64,000 bases of DNA from an uncultured Eubacteriales bacterium (GTDB lineage Bacteria > Bacillota > Clostridia > TANB77 > CAG-508). Under the pieces are notes generated by a model. It was not told where the DNA came from, did not search any database, and saw only the letters and a program-made list of their open reading frames with translations. Every line of letters begins with the position of its first letter. Within the stretch, counting starts at the first letter, position 1. Shown piece after piece: positions 37,100-46,522 of the stretch. A program made the position numbers and the translations under genes. The stretch is from positions 18,581 to 82,580 of the forward strand of contig CADAHH010000009.1 in assembly GCA_902787685.1 (NCBI GenBank), in the 5' to 3' direction.

Positions 37100-37690
37100 A
37101 TGAAAAACTATAAAAGAATGAGCAATGAAGAATTTATAGAATGTATCAATAAATTGAGTAGTGGTTTAGAGAGTTTTATAGAAAAAAATAGTATAAAAAT
37201 AGATTATATATGTCCTGTTTTAAGAAGTGGTGGGATACCTGCAATATATATTTCAAATAAATTAAACATTATAAAATTTGCACCTATGCAAGTTAAACAT
37301 ATAGCCTATAAAAACGGAAAAAATAAAATAGAAATGCTATTTAAACCATTTAGTTCTATTGAATTAAAAAAAATTAAGCCAATATTTTTGATAGTTGAAG
37401 CAATGCAAAGCACAGGAACTAGTGTAGAAATGTGTATAAATTATATAAAAGAAACATATAAAGATGCAAAAATTTTATATGTTTGCTTAACTAAACAATA
37501 TGGGAGTAAAAGCTTTAGTAAAGATACAATATATGAAGATACAGCATTTTATTATAATGGATTTAATGAGTTTTCAGAAGAAGAATGTAAAAAGTTAAAT
37601 GTGGAATATTTTTACCCTATATTTCCCTGGGAAGATCCAGAAACAGAAACAAATCACCCTGATGATTTGGAAGAAAATATATTTTTTTAA
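37100..37690 (+). CDS. Type I phosphoribosyltransferase-fold protein (purine/xanthine PRT-like, atypical PRPP loop)
   Basis: DYICPVLRSGGIPAIYISNKL and the PRPP-loop position IFLIVEAMQSTGTSV (EA instead of the usual DD). Confidence 0.55.
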   Translation: MKNYKRMSNEEFIECINKLSSGLESFIEKNSIKIDYICPVLRSGGIPAIYISNKLNIIKFAPMQVKHIAYKNGKNKIEMLFKPFSSIELKKIKPIFLIVEAMQSTGTSVEMCINYIKETYKDAKILYVCLTKQYGSKSFSKDTIYEDTAFYYNGFNEFSEEECKKLNVEYFYPIFPWEDPETETNHPDDLEENIFF

Positions 37691-37754
37691 ATAATTAAAT
37701 ATTTGTTATGTTGGTTTATAAAAGATAATTATTTGAATGATTGAGAGGTATAAC

Positions 37755-38300
37755 ATGAAGTTATTAATTAATACAAGTTACAGAGAAAAGAATTGCTATA
37801 AAATTTTAAACGATATAAAAGAAAATGATGATCATATGGTTTCATTAGCTAATAAAGAAATAAAAAGATGTATGGGATGTTGTGAGTGTAAAAAACAAGC
37901 TTTAAAAAATTTTTGTATAATTGAGGACGATATGTTAGAAGTATATACCAATATGGCTAAATTTGATAAAATCATTTTTGCGTGTCCAATTTATATGAAC
38001 TTTATTAATGGAACTACAAAAAACATAATTGAAAGATTAAATACTTTTTATATGCATCCAGAAGTTATAAAAAATAAAAGTATATATTTAATAATAATAG
38101 GCGAAATGAGTGAAGAAGAAAACAAAGAAACTGTTGATATGATTACAAAATATTTTGAAAGTTTAACAGAATTTATGGAATTTAATTTTCATTTCTTAGG
38201 ATATATATCAAGTGGAATTATAGAAGAAATAGACAATATTGAGAAGAATAATGAAAATTATAGTGAAATAGTAAAAATAATTAAAAATAAAATAAAATAG
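37755..38300 (+). CDS. Flavodoxin-like fold NAD(P)H-dependent FMN reductase / iron-sulfur flavoprotein-like
   Basis: CMGCCEC cysteine cluster and FACPIYMNFINGTTKNIIERL, typical of the NADPH-dependent FMN reductase/Isf family. Start set at ATG 37755. Confidence 0.55.
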   Translation: MKLLINTSYREKNCYKILNDIKENDDHMVSLANKEIKRCMGCCECKKQALKNFCIIEDDMLEVYTNMAKFDKIIFACPIYMNFINGTTKNIIERLNTFYMHPEVIKNKSIYLIIIGEMSEEENKETVDMITKYFESLTEFMEFNFHFLGYISSGIIEEIDNIEKNNENYSEIVKIIKNKIK

Positions 38301-38335
38301 ATTTAAAAAAACGACATCGTTGGAGGTAAAATAAA

Positions 38336-39067
38336 ATGAATAAAACATCAGATGAAATAACTAAAATGGTAATAAATGCTTACAATAATACTGTAAATGA
38401 ATATATTGAATATTATAAATCAGAATTACAAAGTTTTGAACTTGAATTTAATAGAGAAATTGACTATCTAATAAAAAATACAAAAAATAATGCAAGCATT
38501 TTAGATGCCGGAACGTCTATAGGAATGTATCCTAGACAATTAACAGAAAAATGCGATAAAAATTTTGATGTAATTGGAATTGATTTATCAGAAAATATGC
38601 TAAAAAATGCTATAAAAATTGCTCCAAAGGCAAAATTCCAACAAATGGATATTAGAAATATGAATTTTAATGGTAAAAAATTTGATTTAATAATATGTTT
38701 TGCAACATTAAATCATATGGATGATGAAACATGTTTAAAAATTCTAAATAGTTTTAATGAATTACTAAATGATAACGGCAGAATAGCAATTAATGTAATG
38801 GAATATAATGGAGGAAAAAAAGAATTATATATAAAAGAACCTTTAAACCCTTTATATGATAACTATTTTAACAGATACACTAAACATTTTTTTTTGGAAT
38901 TTTTTAATAATAAAAATTATACTATAGAAAAAATATTTGATAATAAAACTCTAGAAGAACCAATATTAGGTGTAGGAGCAGAACTTGCAGGAACTAATCA
39001 ATTTTCAGTAATTGCAAAAAAAAAACTAGTTAAAGAACTAAAGGACAAAGGAGAAATAAAAATATGA
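38336..39067 (+). CDS. Class I SAM-dependent methyltransferase
   Basis: Motif I ILDAGTSIGMY, GIDLSENML, post-II FDLIICFATLNHM. Confidence 0.75.
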   Translation: MNKTSDEITKMVINAYNNTVNEYIEYYKSELQSFELEFNREIDYLIKNTKNNASILDAGTSIGMYPRQLTEKCDKNFDVIGIDLSENMLKNAIKIAPKAKFQQMDIRNMNFNGKKFDLIICFATLNHMDDETCLKILNSFNELLNDNGRIAINVMEYNGGKKELYIKEPLNPLYDNYFNRYTKHFFLEFFNNKNYTIEKIFDNKTLEEPILGVGAELAGTNQFSVIAKKKLVKELKDKGEIKI

Positions 39068-39972
39068 TAATCATCACATCAGGCAGAGGAAATGTTGATA
39101 TTGATGCATATGGAGGAGCAATTGCATATGCATATTTGCTTAATCTAAAAGGAATAAAAGCAAAAGCAGTTTGTACAGGAAACTTAAATGAAAGCATAAC
39201 ACCTAGTTTGCTTAAATTAGAATATAAATTAGATGATTACACTAAAAGTGAAGATGATAAATTTATTGTAGTTGATGTTTCTTACAAAGATTTCTTTGAT
39301 AAAATCGTAGAAGAAGACAAAATTATTGAGATAATAGATCATCACTGTGGATATGAAGAATATTGGAAAGAAAAACTGGGCGAAAAGGCTATAATAGAAC
39401 AAGTTGGAGCAATGGCAACTATAGTTGTAGAAAAATTTGAAAAAGAAAATTTAATAGAAAAGATGCCTATTGATATAGCAAAACTATTAATGGCTGCTAT
39501 TTTAGATAACACTTTAAATTTAAAATCAAGTGTTACAACAAAAAGAGACATTGACAGTTATAATAAATTACAACAAATAGTTCAAGATGAAAATTTTGCT
39601 AAAGATTATTTTATGGAGTGTCAGCAAGTAATAGAAAAAAATCTTAGTGAAGCAATAAGAAATGACATAAAAATTGAAGACATAGATTACTCATTGCCAA
39701 GAGTAGTAGGGCAACTAGTTTTATGGGATAAAACTCTTCTTTGGAAAAATAAAGAAATTATAAAGAAAGTCCTAAAAGAAAAAGGCGATAAATGGGTAAT
39801 GAATGTGATTTGCCTAAAAGAAGGTAAAAACTATTTAATGGCTTCTGATAAAGAAGTTATGCAAAATCTAGAAGAACTTTTAGAAACAAAAGCTAATGAT
39901 GAAATAATAGAATTAAATAGATTAATGTTAAGAAAAGAATTACGAAAAAAGGCAATAGAAAAAATGAGTTAA
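39064..39972 (+). CDS. DHH-family phosphoesterase (family II pyrophosphatase-like architecture)
   Basis: NVDIDAYGG (DxD), IVVDVS, IIDHH motifs with a DHHA2-like C-terminal half. The ATGA overlap with the methyltransferase stop indicates coupling. Confidence 0.7.
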   Translation: MIIITSGRGNVDIDAYGGAIAYAYLLNLKGIKAKAVCTGNLNESITPSLLKLEYKLDDYTKSEDDKFIVVDVSYKDFFDKIVEEDKIIEIIDHHCGYEEYWKEKLGEKAIIEQVGAMATIVVEKFEKENLIEKMPIDIAKLLMAAILDNTLNLKSSVTTKRDIDSYNKLQQIVQDENFAKDYFMECQQVIEKNLSEAIRNDIKIEDIDYSLPRVVGQLVLWDKTLLWKNKEIIKKVLKEKGDKWVMNVICLKEGKNYLMASDKEVMQNLEELLETKANDEIIELNRLMLRKELRKKAIEKMS

Positions 39973-39987
39973 ACGGAGGAAAATTTA

Positions 39988-40605
39988 TTGTACACAGTTT
40001 TAGAAAAGTCTACTTATGAATTAGTGGAAAAAAAATCAAAATTCATAGCAAATTTAATATATATAGAAAGCAAAGAAGAAGCAGAAAACATAATTAAAGA
40101 ATATAAGAAAAGATTCCATGATGCAAGGCATAATTGTTATGCTTATAGAGTATATGATGAAAATGAAATTTACGAAAAATCTAGTGATGATGGGGAGCCT
40201 TCTGGAACTGCAGGAGCGCCAATGCTAAATCTTTTACAAAAAAATGATTTATGTAATATTATAATTATAGTTACTAGATATTTTGGCGGAATTCTTCTTG
40301 GAACAGGAGGGTTAGTTAGAGCTTATTCTGGTGCAACAATAGGCGCAATAGATAATTGCAAAAAAGCAAAGATAGAGCCTGGTACTGAGTTTCAAATTGA
40401 ATTAGATTATCCAAATTATCAATCTTTGCAGTATTATTGTAACAAAAATAATATTACAATTAAAAACAGTGAATATAATGAAAACATTACTTGTATTTTA
40501 GAGATGAATAATACTATAAAAGATAGATTTTTAGAAGATGTCAAAAATAAAAGTTTAAATATTTTAGAGATAAAAAATCAAAAAGATATAATGATTATAG
40601 AATAA
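39988..40605 (+). CDS. yigZ: YigZ/IMPACT-family protein (UPF0029)
   Basis: KSKFIANL, DARHNCYAYR, SDDGEPSGTAGAPML, VTRYFGGILLGTGGLVRAY. Confidence 0.85.
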   Translation: MYTVLEKSTYELVEKKSKFIANLIYIESKEEAENIIKEYKKRFHDARHNCYAYRVYDENEIYEKSSDDGEPSGTAGAPMLNLLQKNDLCNIIIIVTRYFGGILLGTGGLVRAYSGATIGAIDNCKKAKIEPGTEFQIELDYPNYQSLQYYCNKNNITIKNSEYNENITCILEMNNTIKDRFLEDVKNKSLNILEIKNQKDIMIIE

Positions 40606-40627
40606 CATCATTATATCTTTTTCGCTT

Positions 40628-41518
40628 TTAATATTTTAATCCTAATCCATATAAGTCTTCATCAATCATTGTATGAACTCTTTTTAAAGTTCTTTCATTA
40701 GTTGATTTTAAGCTGTTTTCAACAAATTCAGGATGCTCTATTAAGAATTCTTTCATAGTTCCATCTGGATTATCAAAATATTTATTTATAAAATCTAATT
40801 GATTTTGAGTAATAAAACCAAGTTCTAAAGCGTGGTTAAATAAATTTTTATCAACGGTAGCTAAAGTATGAGATTTAACTCCAACCTCAGCAAGATTTTC
40901 TTTCCCACCTTGATTTCTATCTATAATAACTAAAGTATGTTCCATTATTCCATTTAAATTATTTATAATTGGGACCCACATTTTAATATAACTTGATGCA
41001 GTTGTTATTAAATCAGCTATGTGTAGTACTTTAGCACCATTTAAATTTGATATTTCATCTGTTGTAATAAATTCTGAATCACTACTTAAAGCAGACATAT
41101 CTTTAAAAACAGTCAAATGAGGCTTTTTTACTAGATATGCTAATATGATTGAAAAATACCAATCTCTTCTTTCTCCTCCAGAAATGTATTCAAAATTATC
41201 TAAGCCTATATTGTTTTCAATATATTCTTTCATTTGATTGATTACATCATAATAAATCTTATTAGAATTGTATTGAGCTAAAACTTTATCTAATACCTTT
41301 TTTGGCAAATCTTTCTTATTGGAAACACCATTATTAATAGATGCAAGTTCTTCTGTAATATAATCTAATAATTCTTTTGATTCTTCCTCACTTCCATATA
41401 CAAATTGAGCATTAAAAAAATATGGTCCAATTTTTCCTGATGTATACCAAAATGGTTCGTTTTCCTTACAAAATTTTATTGCATTTGTTTCGAATAAATA
41501 GTTTATAATGTTTGACAT
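40628..41518 (-). CDS. Orotate phosphoribosyltransferase-like paralog (296 aa, insertions, degenerate PRPP loop)
   Basis: AIKFCKENEPFWYTSGKIGPYFFNAQF parallels the PyrE N-terminus ([23 protein letters not shown]). VLHIADLITTASS parallels VMLVDDVITAGTA. IIDRNQGG parallels SLDRQERG. Confidence 0.6.
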   Translation of the reverse strand: MSNIINYLFETNAIKFCKENEPFWYTSGKIGPYFFNAQFVYGSEEESKELLDYITEELASINNGVSNKKDLPKKVLDKVLAQYNSNKIYYDVINQMKEYIENNIGLDNFEYISGGERRDWYFSIILAYLVKKPHLTVFKDMSALSSDSEFITTDEISNLNGAKVLHIADLITTASSYIKMWVPIINNLNGIMEHTLVIIDRNQGGKENLAEVGVKSHTLATVDKNLFNHALELGFITQNQLDFINKYFDNPDGTMKEFLIEHPEFVENSLKSTNERTLKRVHTMIDEDLYGLGLKY

Positions 41519-41758
41519 TTTAAAATTCCTCCTTTATTTTGAATCTTTTTTTATTCACAGTTTAATAAATATATATTTATTAAACTTCCAATAATAATCA
41601 AATTGTATCACAAAAATAAAAAAATTTCAAAAAAATATTGATATTTTTTTTTATTTAGGCTAAAATAGAGAAAGTTTAAAATTAGAATATTTTAGTAAAA
41701 ACGATGTAAGCCTGATTTTAAGCACTATTCAGATGAAAGCATAGAGGAGGAATTCAAA

Positions 41759-43264
41759 TTGAAAAATAATAAATTAAAACTTTTTACAGAAATTTTAGTA
41801 ATATTGGTTATAGTATTAATATCTTTTGTTGGTATATATACACAAAAGGAAAATCGAATGGAAAACCAAGTAAAAGAATATCAATATAGTAAAGATTTAG
41901 ATGGATATAGGGAAGTGCTTTTAGAAGTTACTAAAGAAGAAAGCAATAATGAAGATGAATTAGAAAGTTCTGATACTGCTTCTGAAAACAAGGAAAATAA
42001 TTCTGAAAATGAAGATAATGAAGATAATGAAGATAATGCTGAAGATGAGAATAAAGAAGAAACTGATTCAAAAAATAATTATGAAAACTATATTAATTCA
42101 AAAAAAATAATTGAAAAAAGATTAAACCTATTAGGAGCACAAGATTATACAATAAGCCAAAATACTGAAAATGGTGCAATATATTTACAATTGCCGGAAG
42201 ATCAAGAAACAGATCATCTTCTAAGTAATCTTCTTCAAATTGGTAAATTAGAAATAAAAGATTCAGAAGATACTTCAAAGGTATATGTAAATAATGATAA
42301 CCTTAAAAATGTATCTACATTATATAATTCAGATACAAATGGAACTATAGTATATCTTAAATTTGAATTTAATAAAGAAGGTAAAAAAACATTAAAAGAG
42401 TTAAGCACTGGAGAATATAAAACAAATCCAGAAGAAACAAAAGATGAGAATGAAGAGTCTGAAGAAAATGAAGAAACTAATACAGTTGAAGCCAAAGCAG
42501 AAGTAGACTCTGATGAATCTGATGAAACAGAAAATGAAACATCATCAGATGAAAATAAAGAAGAAAAAAAAGACACACAGAAAAAAATCATACTTTCTAT
42601 TGATGAAAATCAGTTAATTACAACTAGTTTTGATGACCCTATTGAAAATGGTGCATTAAACTTATCTATGAATAAAGCTACTACTGATGCAGATTCAATA
42701 AATAACACATTAAAATCTGCTTCAACAATAAGTAGTATATTAAAATCTGGAACAATGCCACTAGAATATGAAATAAAACAAAATTCATATATTCAAACAG
42801 ATATTAATAATGATCAACTAAATAAAATATACATTACATTAGGTGCAATATTTGGTATATCTATAATAATATTAATATTTAAATTTAAAACAAAAGGAAT
42901 TATTGCTGTAATTGCAAATATTGGTTTTTTAGCATTATATTTATTAGTAATAAGATATACAAATGTTGTTGTTTCACTTGAAGCTATATTTACTGGGGCA
43001 ATAATTGTAGCTATTAATTATTTAATAGTAATTGATTTCTTAAAAATGCAAGAAAATACAAAGCTTATTAACATATTCAAATCTCAAATAATGAAGGTTA
43101 TGCCCATAGTTTTAATTGCAATTGTATTTAGTTTTGTAAAAGCTACTAAATTATCTACTTGTGGAATGTTTTTATTCTGGGGAATTCTAGTTAGCATGAT
43201 ATATAATTATGTTTTAACTAGAGACATGCTAATTGGAAAGGAAGTAAATATTGATGAAAAATAA
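41759..43264 (+). CDS. SecD-like membrane protein, divergent, with long acidic insertions
   Basis: N-terminal TM, KDLDGYREVLLEV (cf. GLDLxGGxxLxLEV), IIEKRLNLLGAQDYTISQ...IYLQLP...IGKLEIKD (SecD head motifs), five C-terminal TMs. GAIIVAINYLIVIDF replaces the conserved GMAVDANVLIFERI. Confidence 0.5.
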   Translation: MKNNKLKLFTEILVILVIVLISFVGIYTQKENRMENQVKEYQYSKDLDGYREVLLEVTKEESNNEDELESSDTASENKENNSENEDNEDNEDNAEDENKEETDSKNNYENYINSKKIIEKRLNLLGAQDYTISQNTENGAIYLQLPEDQETDHLLSNLLQIGKLEIKDSEDTSKVYVNNDNLKNVSTLYNSDTNGTIVYLKFEFNKEGKKTLKELSTGEYKTNPEETKDENEESEENEETNTVEAKAEVDSDESDETENETSSDENKEEKKDTQKKIILSIDENQLITTSFDDPIENGALNLSMNKATTDADSINNTLKSASTISSILKSGTMPLEYEIKQNSYIQTDINNDQLNKIYITLGAIFGISIIILIFKFKTKGIIAVIANIGFLALYLLVIRYTNVVVSLEAIFTGAIIVAINYLIVIDFLKMQENTKLINIFKSQIMKVMPIVLIAIVFSFVKATKLSTCGMFLFWGILVSMIYNYVLTRDMLIGKEVNIDEK

Positions 43265-43922
43265 GGCAATATATGTTTTTTTAATAATTTTAATAATTGC
43301 TGGAGCAATCGTATATACAGTAAAAGGGTTAAATAAAGAATTAAATTATTCAAATAGACAGCAATTTGAAATTTCTGCAGCATCTACTTTTGATGTTTCA
43401 AAAGTAGAAACCATTGCAAAAGAAGTACTTTCAAATAGAAATGTTAAAGTTCAAAAAGTTGAAAGATTTAATAATGCATTAGAAATAATTTCAACAGAAA
43501 TATCAGAAGATGAAAAACAAAATATCATAAACAAAGTAAATGAAGAATATAATGAAACAATTTCTAATGAAAACATTAATATAATATCAGTTCCAGAAAC
43601 AAGAGTAAAAGATATTTTAATGCCATATATTTTGCCAATAATAATTACTCTTACAGCAGTATTGTTATATTTTGTACTTGTATATTCAAAATTAGGACTA
43701 AAAAGCGTTATATTTAAAGGAATAGCTATGCCAGTACTTATATTATTATCGTATTATTCAATTATAGTTATTCTTAGAATTCCGTTTGGAAGAATTACTA
43801 ATTGTATAGCTGTAGCATTATATCTTTTATCAATTGGAACTTTAGCAGTATGCTTTCAAAACAAGAAAGAGGAATTAATTATTAATATTAAAAATGAAGA
43901 CGAAAAGGAGAATGATGAATAA
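43251..43922 (+). CDS. SecF-like small membrane protein, divergent (only ~4 TMs)
   Basis: N-terminal TM, then a ~100-aa extracytoplasmic domain, then three TMs. Overlaps the SecD-like gene by 14 nt. Confidence 0.4.
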   Translation: MMKNKAIYVFLIILIIAGAIVYTVKGLNKELNYSNRQQFEISAASTFDVSKVETIAKEVLSNRNVKVQKVERFNNALEIISTEISEDEKQNIINKVNEEYNETISNENINIISVPETRVKDILMPYILPIIITLTAVLLYFVLVYSKLGLKSVIFKGIAMPVLILLSYYSIIVILRIPFGRITNCIAVALYLLSIGTLAVCFQNKKEELIINIKNEDEKENDE

Positions 43923-44401
43923 TGGGAGAAATGCAAGAGGTTATTTTAACACAAGAAGGGTATAATAAATTAGAAGAAAGGCTAAATGAATTAAAAACTA
44001 CAATAAGAACAGAAATAGCAGAAAGAATTAAGACTGCAAGAGGTTTTGGAGATTTATCTGAAAATTCTGAATATGATGAAGCAAAATCTGCTCAAAGAGC
44101 AAATGAAGAAGAAATTGCTGAATTAGAATTAAAGATTAGAAATGCAAAAATAATTGATGAGAAAGAAATTGATACAAAAACTGTTCAAATTGGAAATTTA
44201 GTTAAATTATTAGATATTGAATTTAATGAAGAAGTTGAATATACTATTGTTGGTTCAACAGAAGTAAATTTAGCAGAAAATAAAGTTTCTAATGTATCTC
44301 CAATTGGGAAAGCCTTATTAGGAAGAAAAAAAGGTGAAACTGTTGATGTAGAGGCACCAGCTGGAACAATTCAATACAAAATTTTAGCAATTAAGAAATA
44401 A
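43922..44401 (+). CDS. greA: Transcription elongation factor GreA
   Basis: [17 protein letters not shown]...[20 protein letters not shown]...[14 protein letters not shown]. Confidence 0.92.
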   Translation: MGEMQEVILTQEGYNKLEERLNELKTTIRTEIAERIKTARGFGDLSENSEYDEAKSAQRANEEEIAELELKIRNAKIIDEKEIDTKTVQIGNLVKLLDIEFNEEVEYTIVGSTEVNLAENKVSNVSPIGKALLGRKKGETVDVEAPAGTIQYKILAIKK

Positions 44402-44440
44402 TTAAATATTATCTATCATATATTTTACAAGGTGAAATAT

Positions 44441-45226
44441 ATGATAGTTTTTTTTATTGAAGAATCAAATAAAAATAAAATCTTTAAACATATAGAAGTT
44501 ATTAAAGATAAAATTATCATAAATAAAAAAGTTGAAAAAATAAACAAAAAAGATATTAATAAAATAAATATAATACTTAATAATATGAAGTGTAACAAAG
44601 TAATAATATCTAAAAAATTAAAAGATAATGACATATTAAAAAATTCATTATACAGTAACAATATCAATATAGTAAATGGCAAAGTATTATACAAAATATT
44701 ACTTGAAAAAATTATAGAGACAACTTGTATAAAAAATAGTATTAATCCAAAAGAATCTCAAATAGCTTTTACAGTAAATTATTTAGATAGTAATATAACA
44801 AAAATAATTTATAATTTATCAAAAACTTTTAAGAGTATAAGTATTGTTACTAATAATATAAATTCATTTAAGCAATTAAAAGAAAAGCTTTATAATAATG
44901 AAGGTGTTATTATTACTGTAACAAATAATAAAAGAAAAGCACTTTTAAAATCAAGTTTAATTATAAATTATGACTTTCCAGAAGAGCTAATAAATAAGTA
45001 TTCAATATATGATAATTCAGTAATAATAAACACAGAAGAGCCAATTCATATTCATAAAAAACGTTTCAATGGTAAAATTATAAATGATTATAATATATCA
45101 TTAGAGAAAAATTCTGATATTGAAATTGAGTTAAAAAAGGAAAAATTTAAAAAATTTGATATAAAAGATTTGACAGAGGTTTTTATAATGCAATATCCGG
45201 AAGAAATTTGTAATGTGATTGTATAA
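44441..45226 (+). CDS. Hypothetical protein (Lys/Asn/Ile-rich, no family recognised)
   Basis: Uninterrupted ORF with RBS aaggtga. Lies upstream of the SpoIIQ-like gene. Confidence 0.45.
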   Translation: MIVFFIEESNKNKIFKHIEVIKDKIIINKKVEKINKKDINKINIILNNMKCNKVIISKKLKDNDILKNSLYSNNINIVNGKVLYKILLEKIIETTCIKNSINPKESQIAFTVNYLDSNITKIIYNLSKTFKSISIVTNNINSFKQLKEKLYNNEGVIITVTNNKRKALLKSSLIINYDFPEELINKYSIYDNSVIINTEEPIHIHKKRFNGKIINDYNISLEKNSDIEIELKKEKFKKFDIKDLTEVFIMQYPEEICNVIV

Positions 45227-45276
45227 ACTTTTTAATTTTGTAAATACTAAAAATAAACAAATTTAAGGAGGATTAT

Positions 45277-46149
45277 ATGGGAATGCATTATAGAGATAAT
45301 GAAGAAAAATTTACAATAGGAATGATAATAGCTGGTATTATAATTATTGCAATTTTACTTACAAGCTTAATTGTATACTTATTAAATGTAAATAGTACAA
45401 AAAATAATGAAGGTGTAATAGAAAAAGAAGACATTGCTAAAAAAATTGAAAGTAGTGATGATTTTGAAGATGTTAGTATGGATATTGGTAAATCAGTAAA
45501 TGAAGCTATAGATGAGATGACATCAAACAATTCCATAGATAACAATAAAACATCAAATACTGCAAAAAACGATACAAATATTACAAATACATCATCAGTA
45601 AACAATACAAAAAATAATACTGATAATAACGCAGTTTCTACATCAGTAAAAGATAATAAAGAGAAAACAAACAAAGAAAAAGAAAATACGCTAGCAGAAA
45701 CTAATTCAAATCTTTCCAGTAATACAAAAAAAGAAGATGAAGAAGAAATAAAATTTATAGAGCCAGTTAAAGGAGAAATCATAAGAGAATTCGCTCCAGA
45801 ATCACTTGTATACTCAGAAACATTAAAAGAGTGGATAACTCATAATGGAGTAGATATAAAAGCTGATAAAGCAAGTGTTGTAGTATCAGCATGTGATGGT
45901 AAAGTTTCAGCAATAAACAATGATCCTAGATATGGGCTAACAGTAATAATTGAGCATAATGACGGATATAAAACAGTTTATTCAAATCTTTTAACTGCAG
46001 AATTTGTAGTAGAAGGGGAAGATGTAAAAGCTGGACAAACTATAGGAACAATAGGAAACTCTGCAAATTTTGAGATAGCAGATGATTATCATTTACATTT
46101 TGAATTAATAAAAGATGGTAAGTATATAGATCCAGTTTCAATTTTTTAA
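45277..46149 (+). CDS. Membrane-anchored M23/LytM-domain protein, SpoIIQ-like
   Basis: N-terminal TM, a low-complexity Asn/Thr/Ser linker, then a LytM domain with intact HNGVD (HxxxD) and HLHFE (HxH) motifs. Confidence 0.7.
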   Translation: MGMHYRDNEEKFTIGMIIAGIIIIAILLTSLIVYLLNVNSTKNNEGVIEKEDIAKKIESSDDFEDVSMDIGKSVNEAIDEMTSNNSIDNNKTSNTAKNDTNITNTSSVNNTKNNTDNNAVSTSVKDNKEKTNKEKENTLAETNSNLSSNTKKEDEEEIKFIEPVKGEIIREFAPESLVYSETLKEWITHNGVDIKADKASVVVSACDGKVSAINNDPRYGLTVIIEHNDGYKTVYSNLLTAEFVVEGEDVKAGQTIGTIGNSANFEIADDYHLHFELIKDGKYIDPVSIF

Positions 46150-46150
46150 A

Positions 46151-46392
46151 TTGGCAAATTGGGACCGGGTACTTTTTGCACATTGGTAAATTGGTACTGG
46201 GTACTTTTTTACAACAATGAAAATAACTAATCCTGTTTAACCGCATATCATTTTTTAAAATCCTATGGTACCCCCTTTAGGGATACCCACCATACGGATT
46301 TTAAAAAACGAAGATTAGTTATTTTTTATTAATATGTAAAAAAGTACCCGGTCCTAAATTGAAATTTCAAAAAGGGACCTGGTCCCAAATTA
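46151..46392. repeat. Nested palindromic composite B3 (two REP units + hairpin core + two inverted REP units), best-preserved copy
   Basis: ttggcaaattGGGACCGGGTAc.. ggtaaattGGTACTGGGTAc.. aaaataactaatc...[core]...gattagttatttt ..gTACCCGGTCCtaaatt.. agGGACCTGGTCCCaaatt. Confidence 0.9.
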
Positions 46393-46522
46393 AAAAGCAA
46401 ACAAAAATTTTATGTTTTTTAAAAAAACTATTGACAAAATTAAAAATCAATTATATAATCACATTATAGAAAGCGAACAGCAATTCGCAAAACAAAATTG
46501 CGCTTATAAGGAGGAATTAAAA

